The position numbers and the translations under genes were made by a program. This document shows, in pieces, positions 29,341-38,789 of a stretch of DNA of 64,000 bases. How positions within the stretch are numbered: position 1 is the first letter of the stretch; each line of letters begins with the position of its first letter. The DNA comes from a virus. Its lineage: Duplodnaviria > Heunggongvirae > Uroviricota > Caudoviricetes. The stretch lies in IMG/VR virus record IMGVR_UViG_2919367315_000003, positions 30,134 through 94,133 of that record; one strand, 5' to 3'. Below the pieces are notes generated by a model that saw nothing but the letters and a program-made list of their open reading frames with translations, was not told the origin of the DNA and did no database searches.

Positions 29341-30007
29341 TAATGTAGCCAAAACTAGACAATCAATACGTATCCTATCAAACTGTGTAAGAGATCCAAA
29401 CCTAAACGCAAATGACTTTTGCCTGATTCTGTATCTCAAATATATGGTATGGAAAAGTGGAGACAAGTACGAGTTTATGGTGTCTGTCTCAGATATGAAA
29501 ATGTATTTGAGTGTATCTGATAACAGAACTATTAAGTCATCATTTCAAAATTTGTATGAATCAGAATATTTACTTAATGCGATTGAAGAAATTAAACCTA
29601 ATAAGCCGATTATGCTTACTCTCAATGAATACAAATTTAACACAGAAATAAGAAGTGAGAAAGAATTTTATACCTCTCTTCCTATTAATGTGCTGTATGG
29701 AATTAAAGATGGAAAACTTGATAGAAAAGAAGCACGGTTACTGTACTATATAAAAAGCTATATAAACTACAGCGATCCAAATAAGAGATATTGTTATACT
29801 GGAATTGAAAAAACGATGAAGACAGAATTAAATATGAGTAGTAATACAATACCAAAATACACAAAGAAGCTCGTTGATAAGAAATTGATTGAAATTGAGA
29901 AACATAATTTAAGCACAAGTTACCAGTATGATGAGGAAGGGAATCTAATATTTACTAAGTATAATAATCATTATTACATCAATATGAACGCCTTGGAAAC
30001 ACTGTAA
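29312..30007 (+). CDS. Putative replication initiator (winged-helix Rep-like)
   Basis: Two wHTH-like halves (SDMKMYLSVSDNRTIK; KTELNMSSNTIPKYTKKLVDKKLIEIEK); an iteron array follows directly. Confidence 0.6.
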   Translation: MIYSKLIMNDNVAKTRQSIRILSNCVRDPNLNANDFCLILYLKYMVWKSGDKYEFMVSVSDMKMYLSVSDNRTIKSSFQNLYESEYLLNAIEEIKPNKPIMLTLNEYKFNTEIRSEKEFYTSLPINVLYGIKDGKLDRKEARLLYYIKSYINYSDPNKRYCYTGIEKTMKTELNMSSNTIPKYTKKLVDKKLIEIEKHNLSTSYQYDEEGNLIFTKYNNHYYINMNALETL

Positions 30008-30016
30008 TTTTACCTA

Positions 30017-30111
30017 ACCTCAAATCATGCAACATCTTACCTCAAATCATGCAATGTTCACCCTCAATTTATGCAAGGGTCTACCTCAATTTATGCTGCA
30101 TGATTTGAGGT
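30017..30111. repeat. Iteron array / putative replication origin
   Basis: (A/C)CCTCAA(A/T)T(C/T)ATGC at 30017, 30039, 30061, 30083 (exact 22-bp period) plus an inverted copy TGCATGATTTGAGGT at 30097-30111; AT-rich tract follows. Confidence 0.85.
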
Positions 30112-30345
30112 CTAGTTAGTAGTTCTTAAATCTTTAGATTTTAGATGTGTATATACAGTATTTAGAGTATGTCTACGCTAACGCTTATCCTACTCTCTGT
30201 TGTTGTTTTTTTGTTGATAGAGGATAAGTTAGTTTTTATAATCAAACAAATGAATATAATGAACTATATTGACTTTAATATGATTGTGTAGTATTGTTGA
30301 ATAGAAGTGAAAATAAAATTAGCAAAGGTGGATTAGATAACTAAG

Positions 30346-31545
30346 ATGCAAATGATAGATATTCATAAATTACTTCCTCATCCAAGAAATCATGAATTCT
30401 TTGATGATATAGAAGGTAGTAAATGGGAAGACTTTAAACAGTCTGTTGTCCGTAGAGGCATTGTTGAATCTATTGTAGTAACTCAAGACCTTATGATTGT
30501 TTCAGGACATCAACGTACAAAGGCTTGTAAAGAGTTGGGTATACTGGCTATACCATGTAGAATTACACACTATCCAGATTTCGATCCTCAAACTAAAAAC
30601 TCAAAAGAAGATCAAATTTTAGAAGATCTGATTTGTACTAATATCATGCAGCGTGGAGTAGGCAATGTTAATCCAATGAAACTTGCTAAATGTATTGTTG
30701 AGTTAGAAAGAATTTATGGAGTGAGGGATGGGAGCGCCAATCTAGAAGGGAGCAACCAGTATACAAATGGAATTGGTGAGTCAAATAATTTTACTCACCA
30801 AAAAACGCAGACTGATATCGCTCAAGAACTTAATATCACGAAACAGCAGTTACATAACTACAAAAAACTCCTCACTCTTATTCCTGAATTGCAGGATATG
30901 GTTGAAGATCAAGATTTGAAGGCAACGACTGCCACGTTGATTGCAAAGAAACTAAACAAAGAAGAGCAGGAAAGATTATTGGGGGAGGTGGGAAATGATC
31001 GACTATCAGAAATGACACAAAAGGAAGTGTCTAAACAAATCGATAAATACATTAAGGAGATTGATGTAATCAAAGAAGAGAAAAAAGCTCTACTGGATAC
31101 TATACAATCATTAAAAGAACAAGATCCAATTGTTAAAACAGTAGAAAGAGAGTATATACCGGGATATCTAACAGATGAGATTACTTTATTGAAAGAGCAG
31201 ATAAAAGAAGTTACTGAAGAAAAGCTAAGTTTAGAAAAATACATAAAGTCAGACGAGTATGAAATTTTATCTAACGAGAGAAAAGAAGAACTTTTAAAGC
31301 AACAAGAGAGATTAACAAAAACAAAGGCTCACATAGATGCATTCGACCTTAAAATTAAAATTAATTCATTCATAAAAGAAGCTTCACCAGATATATATAT
31401 TCAAGGCTCTATGAGTATATTAGACCAAAATGTAAAGAAGGATATGCTTGAAGCTTTGGCTGCTCTTAAGATTTATTATGTAAATTTAGAAAATGTTTTG
31501 TATGGGAATGTTAGAGAAGTTAAGAGTGTAATTGATTTTAATTAA
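30346..31545 (+). CDS. ParB-like N-terminal domain protein with HTH and coiled coil
   Basis: LLPHPRN...IVVTQDLMIVSGHQRTKAC; HTH TQTDIAQELNITKQQLHNYKKL. Confidence 0.8.
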   Translation: MQMIDIHKLLPHPRNHEFFDDIEGSKWEDFKQSVVRRGIVESIVVTQDLMIVSGHQRTKACKELGILAIPCRITHYPDFDPQTKNSKEDQILEDLICTNIMQRGVGNVNPMKLAKCIVELERIYGVRDGSANLEGSNQYTNGIGESNNFTHQKTQTDIAQELNITKQQLHNYKKLLTLIPELQDMVEDQDLKATTATLIAKKLNKEEQERLLGEVGNDRLSEMTQKEVSKQIDKYIKEIDVIKEEKKALLDTIQSLKEQDPIVKTVEREYIPGYLTDEITLLKEQIKEVTEEKLSLEKYIKSDEYEILSNERKEELLKQQERLTKTKAHIDAFDLKIKINSFIKEASPDIYIQGSMSILDQNVKKDMLEALAALKIYYVNLENVLYGNVREVKSVIDFN

Positions 31546-31571
31546 AATAATAACAAAAGGGAGATAACACA

Positions 31572-32207
31572 ATGAAAAATATGAATAGCGTTGAAAATAT
31601 GATGATTCTTAAAAATCTTCTGGATAATAATAAAAAATTAACTCAAGCTGTAGATAATCAAAATGAAGTTACATCCAAAATACTCGCGGAAATGATTAAT
31701 CAGGCGAATAGAGCTGAAAAATCTGAAACAGTTGCAGTTATAGCAGCGGAGATTGCCTTAGATTCTCTAAATGAAATAAAAAATCATGAATGCTTAAGTA
31801 ATGCACAGTGTGCCTTGCTTTCACTGGCAATCAAAGATAAAACTACCGAAATTACAAATAAACTATACCCAAATTACGATGGTAAAGAATTCAGTAAAAA
31901 ATGGGGATATGTGAATAGAGGTTTATGGACAATATTTAAAAATAACGTAAATGGAGGAAGTAAAGCTCCATATAGTACAACATTAAAAATAAAATTCAAT
32001 GCCGCAAACATATATGTTGAGAGTCTGGAAGTTGAGGACTATTTGTTACATAGAGAAGGTGAGTTTTCTAAGATTCAAAAGTTTCACTTTGAATTGTCGT
32101 TAGAAGAAAAAGCCAAGACTATACAGGATATTATTAGTGAAAGAATAGATAGTAAAATCAACGATCTGAAACAATTTACAGAGAATGAGATAAAATTAAT
32201 CAATTAA
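31572..32207 (+). CDS. Phage protein with ORF6C-like (antirepressor-associated) domain
   Basis: LSNAQCALL...LWTIFKN...YST.LKIKF..A..YV pattern. Confidence 0.45.
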   Translation: MKNMNSVENMMILKNLLDNNKKLTQAVDNQNEVTSKILAEMINQANRAEKSETVAVIAAEIALDSLNEIKNHECLSNAQCALLSLAIKDKTTEITNKLYPNYDGKEFSKKWGYVNRGLWTIFKNNVNGGSKAPYSTTLKIKFNAANIYVESLEVEDYLLHREGEFSKIQKFHFELSLEEKAKTIQDIISERIDSKINDLKQFTENEIKLIN

Positions 32208-32223
32208 TATAATACATAATGTG

Positions 32224-32250
32224 ATGGCATCCTTTATTCTGGGGTGTCAT
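32224..32250 (+). terminator. Intrinsic terminator
   Basis: ATGGCATCC-N8-GGGGTGTCAT followed by TTTTGCATTT. Confidence 0.55.
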
Positions 32251-32259
32251 TTTTGCATT

Positions 32260-33050
32260 TCACTAAAGAATTGAGGATACTGTAACTCAATCGCGATGAA
32301 AAAATGTTGAATCGTAAATTGAGAACAAATAGATGAAAAACGTATATGTTATAAGGATTTGTGGGGTGTATTAACTTAATTTATGGGCCATTGAATCGTA
32401 AAAGCATAGACAGTGAAAGGATAATTTCATACAAGGAAGCTAAAAATGATCAAAAATGGCATAGTTACAGAGTTGTAATGAGAGATAAAACATAGGATAG
32501 ATAAGGAGTTAGACGATTCAAGTTACGATTGAGATGAGGTGAAAATATGATCTAATAGTTACAAAGTTGTAATTAGTGAAAACGATAGGTTGAAAAAATG
32601 ACTTGAGTGTGGGAGTGGAAGTGCTAAGGGTATATTTGTAAAAAATAGGTGTTCTCTGGATGTAAACTACCCCCCACTACCCTAATCTAAATGAGGTAAA
32701 ACCATAGTTGTAGCGCATTTAGGTTTATCCATACATCAAGCAATGACTAACGATATCCATACTCTACCAGTTAAAATAAATGGAAATTATTTTCAGAAAT
32801 ATATTGAATCTCATTTTTAAATTTGAACTTTCACGCCATTGCCTATAGAGGGGAAAGCGCCTATACAGTAACTCAATCGAGCCGTAACGATAATAGCGTA
32901 AGATAAGACTTATATCCACAAACTATCAATCAACTCTAATCTATCTATTATATCTATATATTCGCCTCTACCTATAACTTACCATACATCTATAACTCAT
33001 CCTATCATATTCCTCAATTATTCTACCCATCTATCAAATTTATATACACA
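32260..33050. other. ~800-bp non-coding region with repeats and a purine/pyrimidine skew switch
   Basis: G-rich to ~32655, C-rich afterwards; repeated T(C/G)AATCG motifs; ATAGTTACARAGTTGTAAT twice. Confidence 0.55.
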
Positions 33051-33096
33051 AATATAATGAAATGTGTTATAATAATATATGTAAGGAGGTGATAAC

Positions 33097-33297
33097 ATGA
33101 TTGAAACAATAAGTAAAATACTTGCAACGGTTGGGGCTGCTTTAACAACAACAATACTGGCAATGAACTTCTTCCCTGATAAGGCTAGAAAAATTGCTGA
33201 TACTGAAAAGGTTAAAGCTGAAACAGAAAAGATAAAGGAGGAGACGAGAAGACTTAAACTAGAGAATGACAAACTAGAACGTGACAATCAGGCATAA
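33097..33297 (+). CDS. Small membrane protein (one TM helix plus charged tail), possible type I toxin
   Basis: RBS AAGGAGGTG; hydrophobic N-terminus; followed by palindrome GAAGGGGTCAATTGACTCCTTC. Confidence 0.55.
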   Translation: MIETISKILATVGAALTTTILAMNFFPDKARKIADTEKVKAETEKIKEETRRLKLENDKLERDNQA

Positions 33298-33408
33298 TAC
33301 ATATATCCTGTCTAGGTTGAAGGGGTCAATTGACTCCTTCTTATCTCTAGGCTACAATAACATTAAGTTTGTTATGATACGGCATCAAGTGTGAAAGGAG
33401 ACTTATGT

Positions 33409-33570
33409 ATGACCAACTCTAAAGCAATGTTGACACGTACATTATCGGTCATTGTATTTATAATTGGATGTGTCTTATTAGGCATTAACAATACATCATT
33501 ACCTAGCTTTATTCCTTATGTATTCATCTTTATAAGTGTAATCACCTTTGTAGCTTCAATGAGAAAGTAA
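33409..33570 (+). CDS. Small two-TM protein (53 aa, MTNSKAMLTRTLSVIVFIIG...)
   Basis: Translated by hand; RBS AAAGGAG; followed by terminator 33592-33618. Confidence 0.6.
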   Translation: MTNSKAMLTRTLSVIVFIIGCVLLGINNTSLPSFIPYVFIFISVITFVASMRK

Positions 33571-33591
33571 TAGAAATTAATAGATTTATGC

Positions 33592-33618
33592 GAGCCTAGA
33601 TGATTTATGTCTAGGCTC
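33592..33618. terminator. Bidirectional terminator
   Basis: GAGCCTAGA-N9-TCTAGGCTC then TTTTTG, between convergent genes. Confidence 0.65.
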
Positions 33619-33659
33619 TTTTTGTGTTTACTGATATTAGGATCGTTTAAGCGATCTAC

Positions 33660-33878
33660 TTATTCGACATCCTCATTCGATTCCTCAACTGTAAACAATT
33701 CTTCTACACTCACACCCAACGCATTAGCCACTGCAAACAAATTATTTATATTATGCTGCTCTGACTTATCGAACCGCGATATATAAGGCTGTGGGACTCC
33801 TGCATCTACTGCTAACTGTGATTGCTTTATGTCTCTATCCTTTAGTGTCTCTCTTAGTTTACCTTTGTATTTGAGCAT
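33660..33878 (-). CDS. XRE-family HTH transcriptional regulator (YonR-like)
   Basis: LRETLKDRDIKQSQLAVDAGVPQPYISRFD...LFAVANALGVSVEELF. Confidence 0.85.
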   Translation of the reverse strand: MLKYKGKLRETLKDRDIKQSQLAVDAGVPQPYISRFDKSEQHNINNLFAVANALGVSVEELFTVEESNEDVE

Positions 33879-34008
33879 TATAATATCTCCTTTAACGTGA
33901 TTACTACAGTATACAATATTGAATAAATAATTGAAATTATATTGACTACTGAATATACAATACTGTATAATATAAATATAAGAGGTACACTAAAGGAGGG
34001 ACAGCAAA

Positions 34009-34158
34009 ATGAAGCATATACGAGTAGTTAAACAAAACGGCTCAACCATCATACATACACTAGGCACTGACATGGATATTCTTGAGCTATCTACAGCCTT
34101 TCAAATGGACAGAGTAGACTACCAAGGGAAATATGTATACATCCACCTGAAAGGATGA
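34009..34158 (+). CDS. Small hypothetical protein (49 aa)
   Basis: Translated by hand; RBS AAGGAGGG; divergent from the XRE gene. Confidence 0.55.
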   Translation: MKHIRVVKQNGSTIIHTLGTDMDILELSTAFQMDRVDYQGKYVYIHLKG

Positions 34159-34316
34159 ATAACATGAAGTCATGGAGACTTAAAGATAAGGTAACTATAG
34201 TAACAAGCTTATTACTTTGGCTTATAGTAATAATAAAGATTAAATATTAATCTTATACAAATGAATATAATGATTTGTTAAACGTGAAATAATAATAATG
34301 AAGGATGTGAATACGT

Positions 34317-34571
34317 ATGAATCAATCTATTAAGATTACAAAACTTATAGCCAAAGCATTAAATGCCGTGGGATGTGCTATAGGAGTTACTTATAATGAA
34401 TATACATCATCGGAACTCAGAAGAGTCATGCTTGAACTAGCAGAAGAAGGAGCATGTGACAGTCAATATGAAGGTTGTGGCTATTTCAATCTTGGCTTAG
34501 TAGATAGTATTCATATTGATGAAATGTCGGATGTTTTTATAGCTAAGAGTCTAATTAGAAACTATAAATAA
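34317..34571 (+). CDS. Hypothetical protein
   Basis: RBS-like AAGGATGTG; ORF track. Confidence 0.55.
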   Translation: MNQSIKITKLIAKALNAVGCAIGVTYNEYTSSELRRVMLELAEEGACDSQYEGCGYFNLGLVDSIHIDEMSDVFIAKSLIRNYK

Positions 34572-34699
34572 TATTCTATGATAACCGTCAAATAGGTGGT
34601 TTATTTTATATAAATCTAACAAATGAATATAATGAAATACTATACAATATATAAACTTTATGATATAATTATATATGTAAGGGAGGGAGGTGAAACCAC

Positions 34700-34849
34700 T
34701 TGGACAACTGGCAGATAACAGCAGTCATCATATCCATTCTAACTTTCTTACGACTTGTGTATAAGGATATCACCGAATACATAGCATCAAGAAAGAAGAA
34801 GCGGAAAAAGAAAAAAGCACCTACGTCCCGTAACAGACGTAAGCGCTAA
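34700..34849 (+). CDS. YonT-like type I toxin (TM helix plus polybasic tail)
   Basis: Translated by hand from TTG after GGAGGTG: MDNWQITAVIISILTFLRLVYKDITEYIASRKKKRKKKKAPTSRNRRKR; same architecture as SPbeta YonT. Confidence 0.65.
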   Translation: MDNWQITAVIISILTFLRLVYKDITEYIASRKKKRKKKKAPTSRNRRKR

Positions 34850-34917
34850 TCCAAGTCGCTAAACTTGATAACTAAGCAGGGACGGAAACTAACGCCGTCC
34901 CACTCTTTTCCCTTATA

Positions 34918-34946
34918 ATTGTATTATAGGTGCTACATATAGTCAA
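34918..34946 (-). promoter_or_regulatory. Antisense sigmaA promoter for a putative SR6-like antitoxin RNA
   Basis: Minus strand TTGACT-N17-TACAAT pointing into hairpin 34877-34899 and the toxin 3' end. Confidence 0.55.
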
Positions 34947-34978
34947 TGCGACAATTTTATTTAAGGAGGATTATAAAT

Positions 34979-35137
34979 ATGAAAGCTGAAGCTACTACAA
35001 GGTTATCTATTGCTGTTGTTATGTTTGTACTTGCGTCATTCATGCCTAATTGGTGGTCAATAAGCATTGTTTCATTTGTAGGGCTGTATTCACTTACTAC
35101 AGGGTTGATTAAGTTAAGAAAGGTTGACAAGCCATAA
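34979..35137 (+). CDS. Small membrane protein (YoyJ-like position)
   Basis: RBS AAGGAGG before ATG 34979; two hydrophobic segments. Confidence 0.6.
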   Translation: MKAEATTRLSIAVVMFVLASFMPNWWSISIVSFVGLYSLTTGLIKLRKVDKP

Positions 35138-36360
35138 CAAAGATTAAAGTAGTAGATTCAATTATGGGTTCAGGGAAAACGGCATCAGCAATTCAAATGA
35201 TGAATAAAAATGATGATGACAAGTATATCTATATCACTCCATATTTAGATGAAATAACAAGAATCAAAAATACTTGTACACAACGTAAGTTTTTTGAACC
35301 AAAGGTATTCACAATGGACGGAGAGATATTTTTTAAATTGGATTCCCTACACAAATTACTATCAGAAGGTAAAAATATAGCTACAACACACGCATTGTTC
35401 AAAATGGCTACAGAGGAAACTAGAGAATTGATTTACAATGAAGGTTATACATTAATCCTTGACGAAGCATTGGAAGTAATTAAAGAGTTAAAAGTTTCTC
35501 CAGATGATACAAAGATGCTACTAAAAGAATGGATGAAGCAAGAGGAAAATGGATTAATACAATGGGATACTAAAAAAGAATCATTACAAGGTGTATATAA
35601 TGGGAAATTCCAAACAGTAAGGAGATATGCGCTAAACAAGAATTTAGTTATGCATAATGAAGTCATATTATTGTGGAATTTCCCTCCAGATATATTTAAG
35701 CTGTTTAAAGAATCATATATATTAACTTATTTATTTAGCGCGCAATTACAGAAATACTATTTTGATATCCATGATATTAAGTATGATTATTATAATGTGA
35801 AAGTTGAAGATGATCTGTATATATTTTCTCAAGGGATCAATAATGATGATACAAAAACCAAAAAAGCAATCAAAAGGAATATAGTCATTTACGAAGGCAC
35901 TTTAAATAAAATAGGCGATGAGCAATATTCACTGTCTAAATCATGGTATAGCAAAAAGACGCACCTACATAAACAATTGAAAAATAATACATTAAACTAC
36001 TTCAACAATATTATGCAATCTAAGTCTAATGATAATATGTGGGCAACTTTTAAGGATTATAAATCAAAGATAAGTGGTAAAGGATATACAAAGGGTTATG
36101 TCTCAGTAACAGAGAGAAGTACAAATAAGTACTGTCATAAAAAGGTTTTGGCTTACGCAGTCAATAGATTTGCAAGTCCATTAATAGAAAGTTATTTCCA
36201 TACTAAGAATATTAAAATCAATCAAGAGCTATTTGCGTTATCTGAATTAGTACAGTGGATATGGAGAAGTGCGATCAGAAACAATGAAGTAATTAATTTA
36301 TATATTCCTTCTGGTAGAATGAGAAGAATTTTAAAACAATGGCTTAACGATGAGATATGA
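35134..36360 (+). CDS. YonV-like SF2-related P-loop NTPase (putative origin-binding protein/helicase); start probably ATA at 35134
   Basis: KIKVVDSIMGSGKT Walker A, YITPYLDEI, ILDE, LSELVQWIWRSAIR; in-frame stop at 35125, no ATG before 35164. Confidence 0.7.
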   Translation: MTKIKVVDSIMGSGKTASAIQMMNKNDDDKYIYITPYLDEITRIKNTCTQRKFFEPKVFTMDGEIFFKLDSLHKLLSEGKNIATTHALFKMATEETRELIYNEGYTLILDEALEVIKELKVSPDDTKMLLKEWMKQEENGLIQWDTKKESLQGVYNGKFQTVRRYALNKNLVMHNEVILLWNFPPDIFKLFKESYILTYLFSAQLQKYYFDIHDIKYDYYNVKVEDDLYIFSQGINNDDTKTKKAIKRNIVIYEGTLNKIGDEQYSLSKSWYSKKTHLHKQLKNNTLNYFNNIMQSKSNDNMWATFKDYKSKISGKGYTKGYVSVTERSTNKYCHKKVLAYAVNRFASPLIESYFHTKNIKINQELFALSELVQWIWRSAIRNNEVINLYIPSGRMRRILKQWLNDEI

Positions 36361-36478
36361 GTATTACTTCAAAAGTAATAAATGCAAAAAATAATACATA
36401 TAAACACTGACTTTTTTAAGGCTAACTGTAAGAAGCAAAGTTATATAATTATATAATATTAAGACAGATAAATAATAA

Positions 36479-36547
36479 GGGGAAACTCAGTGGCAATAAA
36501 ACTATTCCGCTACGCTGCATAGTAGTATTGCTTGTCACCGTTTCCCC
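36479..36547. other. Long imperfect hairpin with a CTACGCT loop after the YonV-like gene
   Basis: GGGGAAAC...GCAATA..ACTAT-tccgctacgctgc-ATAGT..TATTGC...GTTTCCCC. Confidence 0.55.
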
Positions 36548-36879
36548 TCTTGCCTACGGCAATTCACCCCTTTGCTCCTAATTTGTATTTCTCTTAACCA
36601 TCTATGCATATGATAGGTGGTTAATTTGTCGTTTACTCAAATTAAACAACTAAATATAATGAAATGTATTGTATATAATAATGAATCGTGCTATAATAAG
36701 TACATAAAGAACAAGAGATTAACGAGGTGAAAACACAATGAGTCAAACAAAATTAGCAGTATTAAAGAGCCAGTGGCAACGCAAGCAAGCTTTAAAGGCT
36801 CAAACAGTATACGGTCACTTAGTATTGAGATAAAACGAAAAATATAAATAAAAATAATGATAAAAAGGTGGTTATTATT

Positions 36880-38757
36880 ATGTGGTACGGAGACAAACAA
36901 GAGGCAAGAGTTAAAATTGCAATGGCATTAGTACAAAAAGGTTGGGAAATTTATGGATTTAAAAACGATGAATCAGACGCTATGATTGATTACTTTAGTC
37001 CTGCTGATTGGGATGGAATTGCTGAAAAAAATGGATTTGTTCTTTGTATCGATCAAAATAATTTGCGCTATAGCGGATATGAACAAAAAGAATACATAGG
37101 TGGCAATGCTGTATATAAAACTAACGACCGCATTAAAAAACTTGAGGCTATGATGAATGATGCTGCGTCATCAGAAAATGAGAAAGCTTCTTGTGCTGTA
37201 TTGATTGAAAAAGAAAAGGAAAAAGTTGGGGCAATTGAAAAGTATAAAGTTGTTGAAACGTATCCTAAATTCTCTTTTGCTAATCCACGTGGTACAAGCT
37301 GGCACATTGAAAAAGATGGTCAAATAATTGCGAAGGGCAAAGGTGTATTCGCAGTCAATGACTACGATTGGGAGAACAAAGAGAAGACCGAGAAGCAGCA
37401 AAAAGCTGAGAAAGTAGAAGCATTGATCAATAGATTTGAAAAAGTTATTAAGAATACTGATGCATTGCAAGCAGAAGTAATTCAGGTGCCTGTTACAGTC
37501 ACAAAAGAAATTGAAAAGACAGTTACAGAGGTAACAGAAAGTGATATTAAAGACGGGTTCACTTTTATTATGAAAGTTGGATATACACATGGTAAGTACA
37601 AAGGAAATAAATATACCTTTTCCTATAAAGGTGAACACTATAACGCATTTGCACAATTAACCAAAAATAATAAACCATCTACGAGTATGGGAAAATCATG
37701 GAGTCTTACAGTTGACAGATTAAATGAATTACTTAAAAAGGGACACATTGTAGTAATTGAATTTGTTGAAGTGACAGAATATAAAGAAAAAACAGTATAT
37801 AGAAAGACAGCTCGTAAACAAACTGTTTCTAATGTTCCTACAATTGCTACTGATATTATTATCAATGAAATTACTGAAGAGTTCGAGGTGACAACTCAAG
37901 GGGACAACACTAATGTGATTTATCATAGTTTTAAAACAAATGAAAAAGATACGGAGGACAAAGAAATGACTACCAATTCAATGGATAGTGTGTTTTCTAA
38001 ATTCGATAGTTTTGAAATTTCAAATGATCAGAGAATTTCTTCTGAGGATATGGAGTTCTGTCAAGAGCAGGAACGTACTTACAAAGCCGTTCTGAATGCT
38101 TATGTAAATTTTAAAAAGGAACTTGATGGGGTTTCGCGCAGTTCATTTTATGGAGTTATGAGTAATTACGACTATGAAAAAAGTTTGCTGGAGATTAGAA
38201 ATAGTTTTATCAACAATATATGTTTTTATTTTCAAAAAAATTATAATGTCACAATCAACGGCGATAAAGTTATGAAAGGATTGGATTTTGATGTTACCCA
38301 TAAGGATATCGTTGATATTATATTTATCCAGTTAGACGGATTTACTTTCAACGAAAAAGCCGAAAAAGAAATTAAAGACGCTACTAAAGAGATGTTTAAG
38401 CATGGAGACAAGATAACTTTAAAAAACGGAAAACTTGTTCTTGATGGTTATTTTGCTCATTTCGATTCGATATGGAGAGAATATAGACTAAGTGAAAAAG
38501 TAGAAAAAATATTTAAGTCGTTACAGCTTTTTGATAACGGATCACTTACCAGTAACGAAGAATTAAAATCGAAATATTGTGGATATGATAATTCAAAAAA
38601 AATAGATAACTATGAGCGCTATTCTCCTAGTACCTTAGATAAAGTAAAATCAATTAAATTTTTTAAAAATGGAAAAATGGAAATTGAGTTTGATACACAC
38701 CAACAAGCGCGCGCATTTGCTACAGAATACTGTGGTTATAAAAAAGTAGCTGTATAA
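36880..38757 (+). CDS. Large hypothetical protein; C-terminus resembles DUF4942/polyvalent-protein-associated regions
   Basis: Ends KVKSIKFFKNGKMEIEF...ARAFATEY; upstream partner of the methylase-helicase. Confidence 0.5.
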   Translation: MWYGDKQEARVKIAMALVQKGWEIYGFKNDESDAMIDYFSPADWDGIAEKNGFVLCIDQNNLRYSGYEQKEYIGGNAVYKTNDRIKKLEAMMNDAASSENEKASCAVLIEKEKEKVGAIEKYKVVETYPKFSFANPRGTSWHIEKDGQIIAKGKGVFAVNDYDWENKEKTEKQQKAEKVEALINRFEKVIKNTDALQAEVIQVPVTVTKEIEKTVTEVTESDIKDGFTFIMKVGYTHGKYKGNKYTFSYKGEHYNAFAQLTKNNKPSTSMGKSWSLTVDRLNELLKKGHIVVIEFVEVTEYKEKTVYRKTARKQTVSNVPTIATDIIINEITEEFEVTTQGDNTNVIYHSFKTNEKDTEDKEMTTNSMDSVFSKFDSFEISNDQRISSEDMEFCQEQERTYKAVLNAYVNFKKELDGVSRSSFYGVMSNYDYEKSLLEIRNSFINNICFYFQKNYNVTINGDKVMKGLDFDVTHKDIVDIIFIQLDGFTFNEKAEKEIKDATKEMFKHGDKITLKNGKLVLDGYFAHFDSIWREYRLSEKVEKIFKSLQLFDNGSLTSNEELKSKYCGYDNSKKIDNYERYSPSTLDKVKSIKFFKNGKMEIEFDTHQQARAFATEYCGYKKVAV

Positions 38758-38789
38758 TACGCAGATTAAAGAGGAGTGTAAATATAGAT

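Noticed and set aside
30017-30111. CRISPR-like array
   Set aside because: Units are ~16 bp separated by only ~6 bp, with no unique 30-40-bp spacers and no cas genes. The geometry fits iterons.
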